Assembly (NCBI GenBank): GCA_043228905.1
Contig: JBHGNT010000001.1
Coordinates: 32,178,001 to 32,242,000 of the forward strand
Direction of reading: 5' to 3'
Source of the DNA: Azolla caroliniana
Lineage: Eukaryota > Plantae > Polypodiophyta
Length of the DNA: 64,000 nucleotides
Under the pieces are notes generated by a model that worked only from the letters and a program-made list of their open reading frames with translations, searched no databases and was not told the origin of the DNA. A program made the translations under genes and the position numbers. This document shows, one piece after another, positions 11,894 to 24,400 of this stretch (positions are counted from its first letter, which is position 1; every line of letters starts with the position of its first letter).

Positions 11894-14715
11894 GTTAAAT
11901 TATAAAGATCACATGGTTACTTGAATATTCAACCTCGTAAGAGATTGTATAGGAACTCGATTTGGGTTGGCATCTACCATGGGAAAACGATGGTTTTAAT
12001 CGTGCCTGAGCAAATTCTTGGAATATATTATGATCCCACATTTTGTGCCTTTTAGCAATTTTTATGAGCATACCATTTATGTGTATTGGTAATATAGATT
12101 TTTTTCCTAATAAATAACCAATCATGTTTATAAGTAGTTTAGGGTATATTCTTAATATTACAATATGTCATTACCTTGAATAGGCTAATGTGTTATCACA
12201 AAAGTGCATGCTTGCATAACGCAAGGTAGAAATCATGCATGACTATGCCAACCATGTATCCAACCATGCAATAGTCAACTACTCTAGTCAATTGATGAAT
12301 AATTCTTCGCCATTGTTAATATACCTACATACTTCACTTATTTCCCTGTTCTTTTCTTATAATCTTCGTCGACTCCGTCATGTTCTTAGTTACGACAATG
12401 AAAGCAATGAAGATTAGGTTGGTCAATTGAAAAATGGCAAAGTTTAGACAACATAGTAATTCTCAACAAAAAGAGATAAATCTAAATTGGGATGGAAAGG
12501 GAAATATCAAGATGGAATTCAACCATATTGTGAACTTGGCTGAGTAACTATCCAAAAGGCTATTGTCGACCCACATAACATATTTAGTGCCTATTATTGT
12601 GGCAAATGAATTGTGGAAAGGTTGATTATACATTAGCAAATCATGTATACTAGCAACACACATGAATTATGTGTGTCCTGAGTTCATCTGAGATAGACTT
12701 CGATTTGTGGTCAAGGTATGGCGTACATGGTATGATTGTTGGCATAAAAGGCCAAATCCTTCCACTTTGTATCCTTAAGTGTGAATACACTCCCTAGTTG
12801 AGGCTTGAGTATATAAGCTCAAACCTAACATTGTAAAGACGGTGGTCTTGGAGAGAAAAATGAGTTACAGAGAAGAGAATAAGAACTTCTATTGAAGCTC
12901 TGAAACTGTGTCTATCTTTTGTTTCTCTTCTTGTTACATATCTATGTTGTTTGTTGTACATCTTCTTGAAGGTCCTAATACACATTCTTCTGCATATCTA
13001 CCCATATACTTTCTACAATGATACCTTATGTATGTGATATAATATGGCTATTGTATTGTCCATTCTTTGTAATAATGTTTTTTTTAACACAATCATTATG
13101 TGGAATGTTAGGCATAGATATGTTGTGGTTTCCTTACATACCAAATAACTAAAGCCATTTGGGATGTTTGGCACTATTAATGGGGAACTTTGTCACCATT
13201 TTTAGTTGGTTTTTTTATTCAATGAACCACGATTTTAACCTTCCCCTCATATACGTATGCATTGGGATCTACTTTCAATGTTTGACTACCATATGTATTG
13301 GGTTTGTGATACAAATGGGTTCTTGTTGGATGCTCTCCATGGGATAACACAACAAATATGGAAGTTGAACGTAAAATTGATTTGGCAGTTTTCACAACCG
13401 AGTTCTTAGGGCATCCTATCCTTGGAAGGAGTTGCATTTATGTCAACCTGTCTATAACACCTTAGAGGATTTAGTTTGCCATGAGATCCTCAATATTCTA
13501 GTAGGGACACCAAGTGATTGTGTATTGTTGTGTTGTTTTACTATGTACTACTATTATAGAGAAAGACAAAGAGAAATATTAAAGTATGTATTGGAGCCAT
13601 CCTCTCATGAACCTCCTAATATATGGTTGGGCTAGAGAGAGTGAAAGCTTGGCTTGACCTTGGACTTGATCTAGGTCTCATATGTTATGCCATCAAGAGC
13701 TCAACAACCTCCATAACATATGCATTGATCCACAAGCTATTCAAGGTGCTTCCTCACTTGAAATCATCACGAGCTCTAATCGAGGAGGAACACGTTAACC
13801 CATTTATTTGAAATTTTGCATATGAATACATATGTGCACAGAGATCTTTTGATTTTATTTTTAAATTTTAAAGAATTTATGAAATATCATTGATTAGATT
13901 GTGTGTGGATGTGCATGCGACATCACACTCTTTAGTTGTTGCCCATTTTCATCTATCATTTAGAAATAAGAGAATTGGTTTATGTTAGAACATGAAGAAC
14001 ATGTAGCTTTACATAAGTCGGAAAGCCAAAGACTCATTGATCCATGTATTTTGCAAAACGCTCTTGGGCATGATGATTTTCGTAGACTTGAGGAGGTGAG
14101 GTGTAGCAAGTACGAGGGAGACAATGTCGAATAACATGAAACATCATTGATATGCAGAGGGATACAAGGCATAAAAGTCCGAATGGAAATAAACTAGAAG
14201 TGAGAATGGGAACTAATAATATGCTCCTCCTCTATCATCGGCATTAATTCTTGCCCCAATTATCGATATTTCCTGAGCAGAGGGAGCAAGCGTGGGGCAA
14301 CCACATGGAGGTTTCCCGTGCAATGGCAATGTCTATAGGACCACCGGTCTGCGCAAACACGCGCCGCGGAAATTTTAGGAACTTCCAATCCAAACGATTG
14401 CTTTACATTGGAGGCGTGGTGCGGGGTTGCGCCTCTCGTGGCGGCGAAAGACACTCGCGAGCGAGAAAACATATAGAGACAAGACACATACATGTGATTC
14501 TGTGAAAGAAAGTGGGGCATATATGTAGAGACACATACTTCATTTTGGGGGGTTTCTCATGGCTAGAAGAGAGCAAAGAGAAGAAGAAGAAGAAGAAGAA
14601 GAAGGGGTATGATTGTGTGTGAGAGAGATTGATTTCCTTTCATACATTCTATATACATACAAAAAGTCCTCCTTTTCATCCTTCTCCTCCTTTCCTGAGC
14701 TTCCTTCTTCTTTCC

Positions 14716-14749
<34 letters not shown>

Positions 14750-14866
14750 GGAGGCTCTGCATCTGCCTTATCCCTGCACTCAAGGTAAACATCCATCCCT
14801 CCATCCCTCACCTCTTCTCTTTTTCTTTTGTTTTTTTGTTTTCTGAAATTCAGAGAGAATAGAGCC

Positions 14867-16786
14867 ATGTCTTCTTCTTCTTCATCATCTCTTCCCTCCC
14901 CCCCCTTACCTCCTCCTTCCACCTTCTCCTTCTGGTGCCATTCCTGCCACAGGATCGTTCCAGATACTCTCCCAGAGACTGTCAGCTGTACATCTTGCGG
15001 CTCAGGATTCATCGAAGAGATCCGCAACCCAGCCCTGCTCCTCATCATGGGCCCTCGGGGTGGGCAAAATGACACAGAGGATGAGCGTGGCACCGGAGAA
15101 GAAAGAAGCAGCAGCGGACGATCATCGCCTGCACGCCACTTCTTCAGCCGTATCTTTGGTGGGCAAAACCGAATGCGAAGCCAGAATAGTGACAACCTCC
15201 AATACTCCCCTGATACCATCCTTCACGTGCTCGAGATTGCATCACTCCTCCAGCAAAATCACAACTTCAATAATCAAGTAGGTGGTTACCATCATGTAGA
15301 TCGAAATTTAGGGCATTTGAATGCCCACAACAGTACCAGCGGACATCAATATCACAATCGCAATCGTCAAATAAGTGCCAACAATCCTATAGATCAAGAT
15401 TTAGGGCTCTCAGATTCTCACAATCATGATGCTCGTCGGTCAGTCGATGGATCTGAGGACTGGAGTAATGAGGAAGTAGGAAACCATCCTACGAATCAAG
15501 AGTTAGATCTATTAGAGGGGTCCCGTTCTCCATCGCGTGCCACTGTGCGATCATGGTTTGTTCATAGATTAGGGTTTGTGGAGAGATTAGGACTTGGTCA
15601 AAGGTTAGGGTTTGGACAAAGGTTGCGGGTTGGGCAAAGGTTAGGGATTGGACAAAGGTTGCGCGTTGGTCAAAGATTAGGTTTTGGAAGAAGGCTAGGG
15701 TTTGAGAATAGAGACAACAACGACCATGAACTTACTTCGGAATTTTCTCAAAATGATGATTCACTTGGTGCTGTTGGGCTACTAGATATTCTCATGCAAA
15801 GAATTGCTGCCGGGGGTCTGATCATTCCAGAAAGAGGTAGTTCACGACCGGCCTCAAAGGCAGCTGTCATGGCCATGCCCACCTTAACCATTAACAAGCA
15901 AAGCTTTGATGCTCTTTGTGAAGACTCTCATGAGGGGCATATTGAATGCGCTATATGCAAAGAAGCTTTCGAGATAGGAGGAGAGGTTAGAGAAATGCCT
16001 TGTAAGCACATATACCATTCTGGATGTATTTTGCCATGGTTAGAAATCCATAGCTCTTGCCCACTTTGCCGTAGAGAAATGCCAGTCGAAGAAGAAGAGA
16101 ATACTGCATCAGAATCAGGGTCTCGTTTGATGGCAACAACAGCTGGAGGAGGAGACCGAACCATCATTGTTATTGGAATTTCGGGGACAGGGGCCCATTT
16201 GTTCTCATTCATTGTGTTCGGGCTAGGTGGTAGCAGAAATGACCAAACAGTATTAGAGGAACTGGAAAGTGGGAATGGCCCGCCGATGGTATCAGAGACT
16301 TTGGAAGACAGAAATGTGGCGACAGTATCAGAGAGCTTGGAAAGCCAAGGTGAGCCTATGGTATCATTCAATTTCGAAAACAGAAGTGAAGAGAATATTG
16401 TGGCAGACAATCCGGAGAGTGAAATTGAACACATGGGAACCGAGAGTTTGGAAAATGGAAATGACCACATGGTTTCAGATGATCAAGAAACTGAAACAAA
16501 TGAAGCTTCTGTGATAGATAGTCATGTCATTGTGCAAGAAGAAGAAGGTATCAGAGACTCTATAGAAGGCAATGAAGCTTCTCTGTCACAAAACTATAGT
16601 CGAGGGGTGCTCCTCCCTGACACAGAACTATCGTCAGAGAACCCTGATGGAAACCGAAGCAAGAGTTTTTTTTCATGGATTTTCAGACATGCAGCCTCTT
16701 CACGGGCTTCTATGTCTAATTCTCTACGGGCCCGCTTCTCGAATGCCGAAGAGAGTATTAATTCGTCGAATGCAAATTTGCCCTGA
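14867..16786 (+). CDS. Zinc-ribbon plus RING-H2 E3 ubiquitin ligase (RNF126/BTL-like), intronless, 639 aa
   Basis: ATG at 14867. N-terminal FWCHSC...CTSCGSGFIEE ribbon, PASKAAVMAMP motif, and RING-H2 CAICKE...MPCKHIYHSGCILPWLEIHSSCPLCR. Confidence 0.93.
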   Translation: MSSSSSSSLPSPPLPPPSTFSFWCHSCHRIVPDTLPETVSCTSCGSGFIEEIRNPALLLIMGPRGGQNDTEDERGTGEERSSSGRSSPARHFFSRIFGGQNRMRSQNSDNLQYSPDTILHVLEIASLLQQNHNFNNQVGGYHHVDRNLGHLNAHNSTSGHQYHNRNRQISANNPIDQDLGLSDSHNHDARRSVDGSEDWSNEEVGNHPTNQELDLLEGSRSPSRATVRSWFVHRLGFVERLGLGQRLGFGQRLRVGQRLGIGQRLRVGQRLGFGRRLGFENRDNNDHELTSEFSQNDDSLGAVGLLDILMQRIAAGGLIIPERGSSRPASKAAVMAMPTLTINKQSFDALCEDSHEGHIECAICKEAFEIGGEVREMPCKHIYHSGCILPWLEIHSSCPLCRREMPVEEEENTASESGSRLMATTAGGGDRTIIVIGISGTGAHLFSFIVFGLGGSRNDQTVLEELESGNGPPMVSETLEDRNVATVSESLESQGEPMVSFNFENRSEENIVADNPESEIEHMGTESLENGNDHMVSDDQETETNEASVIDSHVIVQEEEGIRDSIEGNEASLSQNYSRGVLLPDTELSSENPDGNRSKSFFSWIFRHAASSRASMSNSLRARFSNAEESINSSNANLP

Positions 16787-19700
16787 AAAATGGAGATGCA
16801 ACAACTCTTGGAATGTGAATCCTTCTATTCAAAATGGACGTGGCAAAAACTTTTGAAAGGTGAGTTCCTTGAAAATATGTACAGCAACAATAGAAATGCT
16901 CAAATTCCGAATGCTCAGAAGAAGGGCTCTCTTTACATTTGTGCCTATGTGATATGCAATCGGTATGGCCTTATTTTTTTTAATAAGGATGGAGATCTGT
17001 TTCTTTCTTTTTACCCTCATGTATACTCATATGAGTTCATAATATAAATACACACACCTTAATCGAGAAATCATGTATATAGAAGACCTTGCTTTAGTGT
17101 ATTGTTTCTTATTAAAGTGCATCAATGGAAATTATCCAACAATCTGTATTTTTATGTACGTAAGCTGATCCAAAATGGTGCCATGAAAGCAGATGAAATG
17201 TGGAACATGCCTGATTTTCTTTACTGAAGCTGATTCTTATTTTAAAAGTCTTTGTGGGCACCATTGATGCTTTAAATTTTAAAGTGTGAAATGGAATCTC
17301 TCAAAGTTTATTTGTTGCTAATTAGCTGTAAATGACGGGGGCATTCAAGAAGTCTTGATATATTCTTCAATAATGGTGGTGATGACTTTGTTTCATGAAT
17401 AAAAGTTGTCTGTATATACACAAGGAGATCCTCTGTATATACATAAAATTTGTCTGTATATACTTCCAAGTTCACTCATTGTTTAAACTAATGTTGTTCA
17501 GAAGTTTGTATGTTCAAATTAAATTTTCAAGAATGGATTGTTGTGTTCTTCTAAATTCTTAGGACATTGGTATGACCTCTTGCAACCAATAAGTTTTTAG
17601 ACACACCATGAAATCGAAAGTCATTATGCTATTTTGTTCAGCTTAATTGATAGGCTATTGATTTGAATGAATAAAAAGAACTTTGTTTGCGTCAATAATA
17701 GGTGGCAGAATTATTTAATCAAACATATGCATACTTTATAAAGTTCCAATTATATACTTCATAAAGTTCCATAGCAATAATTTAGGAGGCGGTGCCATCC
17801 ATTTTCTAATGGATCAGATTTTGCGAACTATGAGCCATTTTGGTAACTGGAAACTGTTATTTGTTCATACACCAATTACTTATTGTTGGAATACTCATTG
17901 AGACAATGAGACGATCTCTTCACAATTGTCTATAATTTGTAGGAATCCCTGTCCATAGTTACTTCAACATTATTTTGATTGCTGTTGAGCACTGATCTTT
18001 GTATATTCTTAATTTTTTTAGAGTTTTTACCTAAATTTGAGGTTTCCAACCTTGAAAATATATTTGTTTCCAAAAACAGGTGTGTTGGGTCACGGGTGTA
18101 CATTGATATTGGAATTTACAAAAGTACCCTTATTTTTAACAAAGTTCTTAAAATAGACATTTTTGCTTTAAAAATACCTTGTCTCTCTTTCATTACACCG
18201 TTAACATTTGGCAAATCAACACTAATCTTTAATTGGATCAATGCTAATTGTCATTTCAACCAACCTTCCACCTAGACTCCTCACCAAATCAAACTACAGT
18301 TCACAATGGATTTTAAAGTACGGTCATTGCTTTTTTTGGCAACCAGAGAAAGGGAACTACGAGACGGTGTATATAATTGGGGTTGTTTTGTTAGCTATTT
18401 GGAGGAATATAGTTAAGATGGTTGTGTCAACTATTTGAAGATTGTGAGACCCTTTAGTTTGACACATTTATGTGACTAATTAATGTAGTTAATAAAGTTG
18501 TGCCATGGTCAAAGTGATTGACGTGAGTGATTCGGTGATGCCAACCCATGGGACTCAAACGTTTACCACATGTTTGCAAGTCAGCAAAGACAATAGCATT
18601 TACTTTTTGTTAAATTACCGCATTTTATGTGGGTATATGGTTATACCCGTGTGGAACTTATAAAGTCTTAAACATACTCTTTCTCAAGTTCATACCAGTA
18701 CATTATCTAATTGCGAAATGTTACCAATACTTAATCTATAATGCAGCCTTAGAATTTAGAAAAAGGGCTCATTACCGAAAGGTACATCTTTTATGTATAG
18801 CCTTAGGGCATTTCTTAATACTAATGTAGTATCCATTTTTTTATAAAATTGAAAAAACATATAATGAAGCTAACTTATACATATGTAAGTTCCAACGTCA
18901 TGGCTTGATTCCTATGAATTTTATATTTATATATATAATGTTGATTTGCTAGTCTATTGACACATCAAAAAATTGTCATCTCCTCAATCATTGGCAATTT
19001 TTGAGTCTTCTATTTCTTTGGAGCTTCTAAACTTACTTGACATCTCAATAGACATATTTGGAAGCTTTGGACAAGTTGACGACCATCAAATGCTAACTCT
19101 CTTTTTTCCAAAAGCAACAAGACCACACAAAATTGCATAAATTGAGGTGGAATATGGGATTGAAGATCATATCTGAAAATAATATATCAAATGCAAGGAA
19201 AATATTTGAGGTATTACAATGAAGACAAGTAGAAGATTGTATGTTTAAAGGTAGTCCTTACACACCAAGTCAATTAAACATGAAGAAACAACAAGAGTTT
19301 TTGTCCAAGGAATCCAAGAATTACAAGTCCTTTTGTCCTTTTGGTCAACATTCCAAACACTTGGTTAAACTATTCCTTTAGAATTGAGCTGATTGTCTTG
19401 GAAATGTTTATATACAACATTGACACACTAAAGACGTATATTGAACTATTCGTGGGGGACATGTTTGTTACTAGTCACCATAAACATATTATCATCAACC
19501 AAATGCCTCCTCGTGGCTCATAACCTCATAAAGAATGGATTGTTAACAAAAAGAAAGAAAATAACATAATTGTGTTTCTCTTTGCTTATGGATGTCCAAT
19601 TAAATGGGTGTCTAGTGCCAATAAACTACCTTGCATGCAAGAAACCGCAAGCTCTTCCTCTATTCCCCATAAAGCTTAAATTTCCCTTTGCCTAATATAT

Positions 19701-20701
19701 TTTCTTGCATCAAAACCTTATCTCCATTTAATATTAACCACTTGACCGTTGATCATTTACATTTTATGAAGCATATGTCAAAAACATGTGGCATTCATTA
19801 TATAGGAGCGTGAAAAAACATTTGTAAGGGCATATTGCCTCTTTTACTATACTAGAAGTTTATTGTTTGTTTGTAAACACATTAGAGAGCTTGGAAAAGT
19901 GTGTGAAAGAACATTGAAGAGGGCAATTTGTTTTATAATCGTGTTGCAATGTTTATGTTTGGAATTGGGTGTGTGTTTCACACGTTTGTCTATGTGTTTC
20001 TGAATTACTAACATCAAAACCTAGGAGGTAAATCAATAGCATATGTCAATTTGCAAGTATATAGATCCAACTTGTTTATTTGATATGGTAAAAAAATTTG
20101 TTTCAGAATTCTTCCTAGTATTTTTATTAATGAACATTTTGCACAACCTATGTATGGATGGGATTATAAAAAATAATTTTATTGTATTTTTTTCATCACC
20201 AATTGACACATGATCTTTGAAAAGTCGAAAACCAAAGTTTTGACCTTACGTTATTTCGTTTTTCTCATTCTCAAATATATAATGCTTGTATTTATGGTTC
20301 ATTTTATTTCATGTTAACCTAAATTATATACATAGTTCATGCATGCTCTAGTGAATCCTTGTTTTACTATATAGAAATTGAAAATGTTCTTTGTGTACAA
20401 CTAATATTGTTCTAATACTTTACAACCTTGTTATGATTTCCTTCTATGTGTGAAGCATATGCCACCATTGGCTTGGTTTTTTTCTCATCCAAACCATAAA
20501 GTTTGTATGAATAATGTATTACGGAAGTGAATCCATGAATGTTAAATATATTCCTATCAATAATCCCATGTCAATGACGCTTCAAGCTGAATGAGAATAA
20601 ATGCCTTTTTACAAGACATTACATGCTATACATTCATGTGAAGACTTTATTCAAACATATGTTTGAAACCCCCATGGTTGCACATTCAATCAGATGTAGT
20701 G

Positions 20702-21162
20702 CTCAAAACCCTGAACCCCAAACATGAAAAACCTTGTTTCCATATGTAAATTATAAACCCTAATTCCATAAATCTTCAAATTGAAATTTTATGTCGTCTT
20801 TGAACTTATGTAATGCTAGGAAACCTTATCCATAAACAAGCAAACTCAATCACATGCATTGTACATTTGATCCTTTATTGCACCTAAAAGCTAAAGCTTG
20901 TGTATGATAAATTACAAATACTTTCACTCAAATGTACAAGTATATCTTCACTCAAAACCCTTAACCCCAAACATGAAAACCTTGTTTCCATATGTAAATT
21001 ACAACGCTTAATTCTATAAATCTCCGAATTGAAATTTTGTTGCATCTTTGAATCTATGTAATGGTAGGAAACCTAATCCATAAACCAAAAAACCCTATAG
21101 TCACATATGTGTTGTACATTCAAACCTTTATCTCATCCAAAGATCGAAGCTTGAGTATGGTA
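20702..21162. repeat. Diverged tandem duplication (~250-bp period) downstream of the CESA stop
   Basis: CTCAAAACCCT(G/T)AACCCCAAACATGAAAA...CCTTGTTTCCATATGTAAATT starts at 20702 and at 20951. Similarity continues for about 200 bp. Confidence 0.85.
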
Positions 21163-21421
21163 TTGGTAAGCGAAAAAATGACAAAAATTTCACAAGTATA
21201 TATATTCCCTAAACAAGATATAAACAACAAGATACAACAACAAGAACATCTTTAATTCATGTATAAAAAATGTACAAGATATATCAGAAGACCCACATCC
21301 TTACAATAAGTAGTTTGTATCAATGTCTCTTTTGAGAACAAATGCATAAGCTAGATGCTCTATTTCAAGCATCATATCAGCAAACAATTCTTTTCTTCTA
21401 GATCACGTGATGATCGGGAAG

Positions 21422-24400
21422 TCAACAATTATCTCCACATCCCGATGAGATTGTGTTGGTTTGGCTCATGAATGGGTTGATCTTAACCCACAACAACGAA
21501 AAGATCGATGCCAACAAAATCGACCACACGATGACAATCGTGGGAGTGCGATTTTGGCGGCCCATCAATCCTTTCAAGAAAGGGTAAAGATGCACTATGA
21601 CCCAGAAGGCAAAGAAGAGCTTTCCGAACAGAGGACCCCAAGATTGGTAGCCAGTATTCAAAGCATCTGAAATACCCGCAACAACGCCGACCAAGTTGAT
21701 GACAATCAAAGTTGTTGGAGGAATGAGAAGAGTCGTCCATTTAAAGACATAAAGCTCTCCAAATTCGGCATCGTCGGCAGCTTTGGCAGTGACAGTAAAA
21801 TTAGTGTCAATCCCAGCCAAGACCTTGAGGAGGCCTTGGAAGACGGCAAAAAAATGGGCCGACACACCACCAATCACCCAAAATTGCTCATTTCTCCACC
21901 AGTCATCAATGCCAACCCCACTCCACCTCATTTCGAGAATGCCCGTAGCAAAGATGGACAGGAAGAGAGAAATAAACCATAGGCTATCGAAGTTGCTAAT
22001 CTATGGAAATGAATGAGAAAAAAGAAAATTTAAGCATGAGAATTGGGTTGACGTACACCTATTAACCTTAATTAAGAAACGATGCATTAAGGCTAGAAAA
22101 AAAGGAAGATATTTAGGCCTAGGTTAATCAAGGTTATTGTAATGATTACTTTATGTTAAGAAGTGTCATATCCACATGTCTATCCTTGAGTAAGACTAGA
22201 GATGGGTTGCATGTGGATGGCTTTCTCATATGTCCATGCAAAGCTTTGGACAATAGCCCAATGGTTAATTGTTGTCTATCAAATCATTTATTAATTAGAC
22301 TTTTTCTAAGACAATATGGTGTTATCCACACACAAGACTGATTACAAGATGATATTAAGATCGAAGGTAGGCCTATTTGCATGTGGATTTGTATAGCTAT
22401 TATATGTACACTAGACCTAGGGTTATCTGTGTTAACGAAGATTAATTACATTAGTAAACTTTTCTCTAAGCAAAAGAAGGATTATGAGCATAAACTTGGT
22501 TAGAAGTAGATGTTCTTGTGCCAATAGATAGGTATGTTTAGATATATACTAGACGTAGAATGCATCATTGTTCAATCAATCTAGTTTTGATTAGATACAT
22601 ATTTAATGGATGCACACACAACCATGATCTAAACAGATTAGTGGGAGGGTCACATTTGTGTACAAATATGGGCTGGACACTAGACCTAATCATTGTTAAT
22701 CAAGTTTTGTGATAATCATCCAAACTGCTTCATTTCTATCATGATTCTAACATGTGTGCTCTGATGCCCTTAAGAACATAAAAAAAACTGTTTAGAAGTT
22801 TTTTAGAGGAAGAAGTTACCGAGGGGATGATAAATTTCCCAGTCAGGAGACACACAGCTGGAAGTGTGCAATAAGCCAGCAATGGTAACGATGTGATTGG
22901 ATACACAATGGTGTTCACATATGCCAAACGTTGTAACCATTTTAGATGTCCTCCTCCATAGCCATACCATAGGGGGCAATGCTTGCTAAGAAGGATTTCA
23001 ACTGACCCAAGTGCCCATCGAAGCACCTGATTCAATCTGTCCGAAAGATTGATTGGAGCTGACCCTTTGAAAGCAGGCCGCAATGGCATACAATAGACCG
23101 ACCGCCAGCCACGACAGTGCATCTTGAATCCAGTCAAGATATCCTCAGTAACTGATCCATAAATCCATCCAATCTGGCATCGATAAAAACATAAGAAATT
23201 TTACTTGCATAGCATAATGTAATGCACTACCGTCTCTTATTAGTCTTTTCAGGAATGACCAAGTATTTTTAATAAACTAACAAAAGCAAAACTATTTTGT
23301 TCATCATGAATTTAGGCCTAAATAATAACTTTTCAGACTAGGATACTCAAACCAATATAAAATGTCTTTTCAGATACAAAACTAATACATGCTTATATAT
23401 ATCTATAGATATATATATAGTATATAGTATATACTAAGGCACAACTATTTTTTCATTATGAAACATAAGCTTACAATAACTTTCAAACAAAGCTTCTTAA
23501 ATGCATACAGTGAGTGGGCATGTGTGCATGTGTGCATGTGTGTGTGCATGTGTGTGCTTGTGTGTAGCATGTGTGTATGTATAGATAATGCTGGCATTAA
23601 CCTCTTTGCCCCATTCGGTCTTATCTTCATATCCACAGCTGATCACATGAATAGCCTCTTTAAGCAACGAAGCCGGTGGTGCAGATGGTGGCACGCCACC
23701 TTCTTCATAGAAAGTGGAAGCAACGAATACTGATGATTGACCAAACTTTTTCTCGTAACTCCTTTGAGACATCAACAGAGACTTATCTTCTTCATATCCT
23801 AAAACGTCAAAAGACTGCTTGATGAACCATAATCAAGGAAAGCAATACTGACTACTAGCTATTTCTCAAGCATATATAGATCATTTTGAAAATAAGCGAA
23901 AATACACGAGCAACCATTGTGAGCTTCATATACATAATATGAGAATATATTATTTTTGGCATTTTTTCCTATTTTATATGATTAATAGTATAGCAAAAAC
24001 TCATGCAAATTGGCAAAAAAAAAACAGAATTTAACAGCAATATTCAGCAGAAATAAGAAAAATGTTACAAAAAGTTCAAGATTAGCCTAACAATAAAACT
24101 GAGGTTCCACAAAGTATAAACTTGGCCAATCCTTTATACATAAGAGAGTCCGTGAGTTCCTTATTTTTAACACTAAGCAGCATCTATTGTTTTAAGAGGG
24201 TCAAGTTTCAAAGTTCGTCCTAATGGTGAGATATAAGGATAAAAAAGAGGGGAGTTTAAACTGTGTCTTTTTTACTATGGAAGTTATTTTTATCTATTTT
24301 TAATTTGAACATTACATCTCCCTTATAGTTTCTAGAGGTTTATTCATAACTACATTTTACAAGCAAGATCGCACATTGTGTTTTACACAGATCATGATGT

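Noticed and set aside
12780-13030. Possible further LTR remnant (TATA-like TATATAAG followed by a U5-like CT-rich stretch)
   Set aside because: No defined termini, TSD or intact PBS.
14563-16470. Antisense ORFs of 218 and 180 aa over the RING gene
   Set aside because: They derive from microsatellites and the opposite-strand coding frame, and have no domains.
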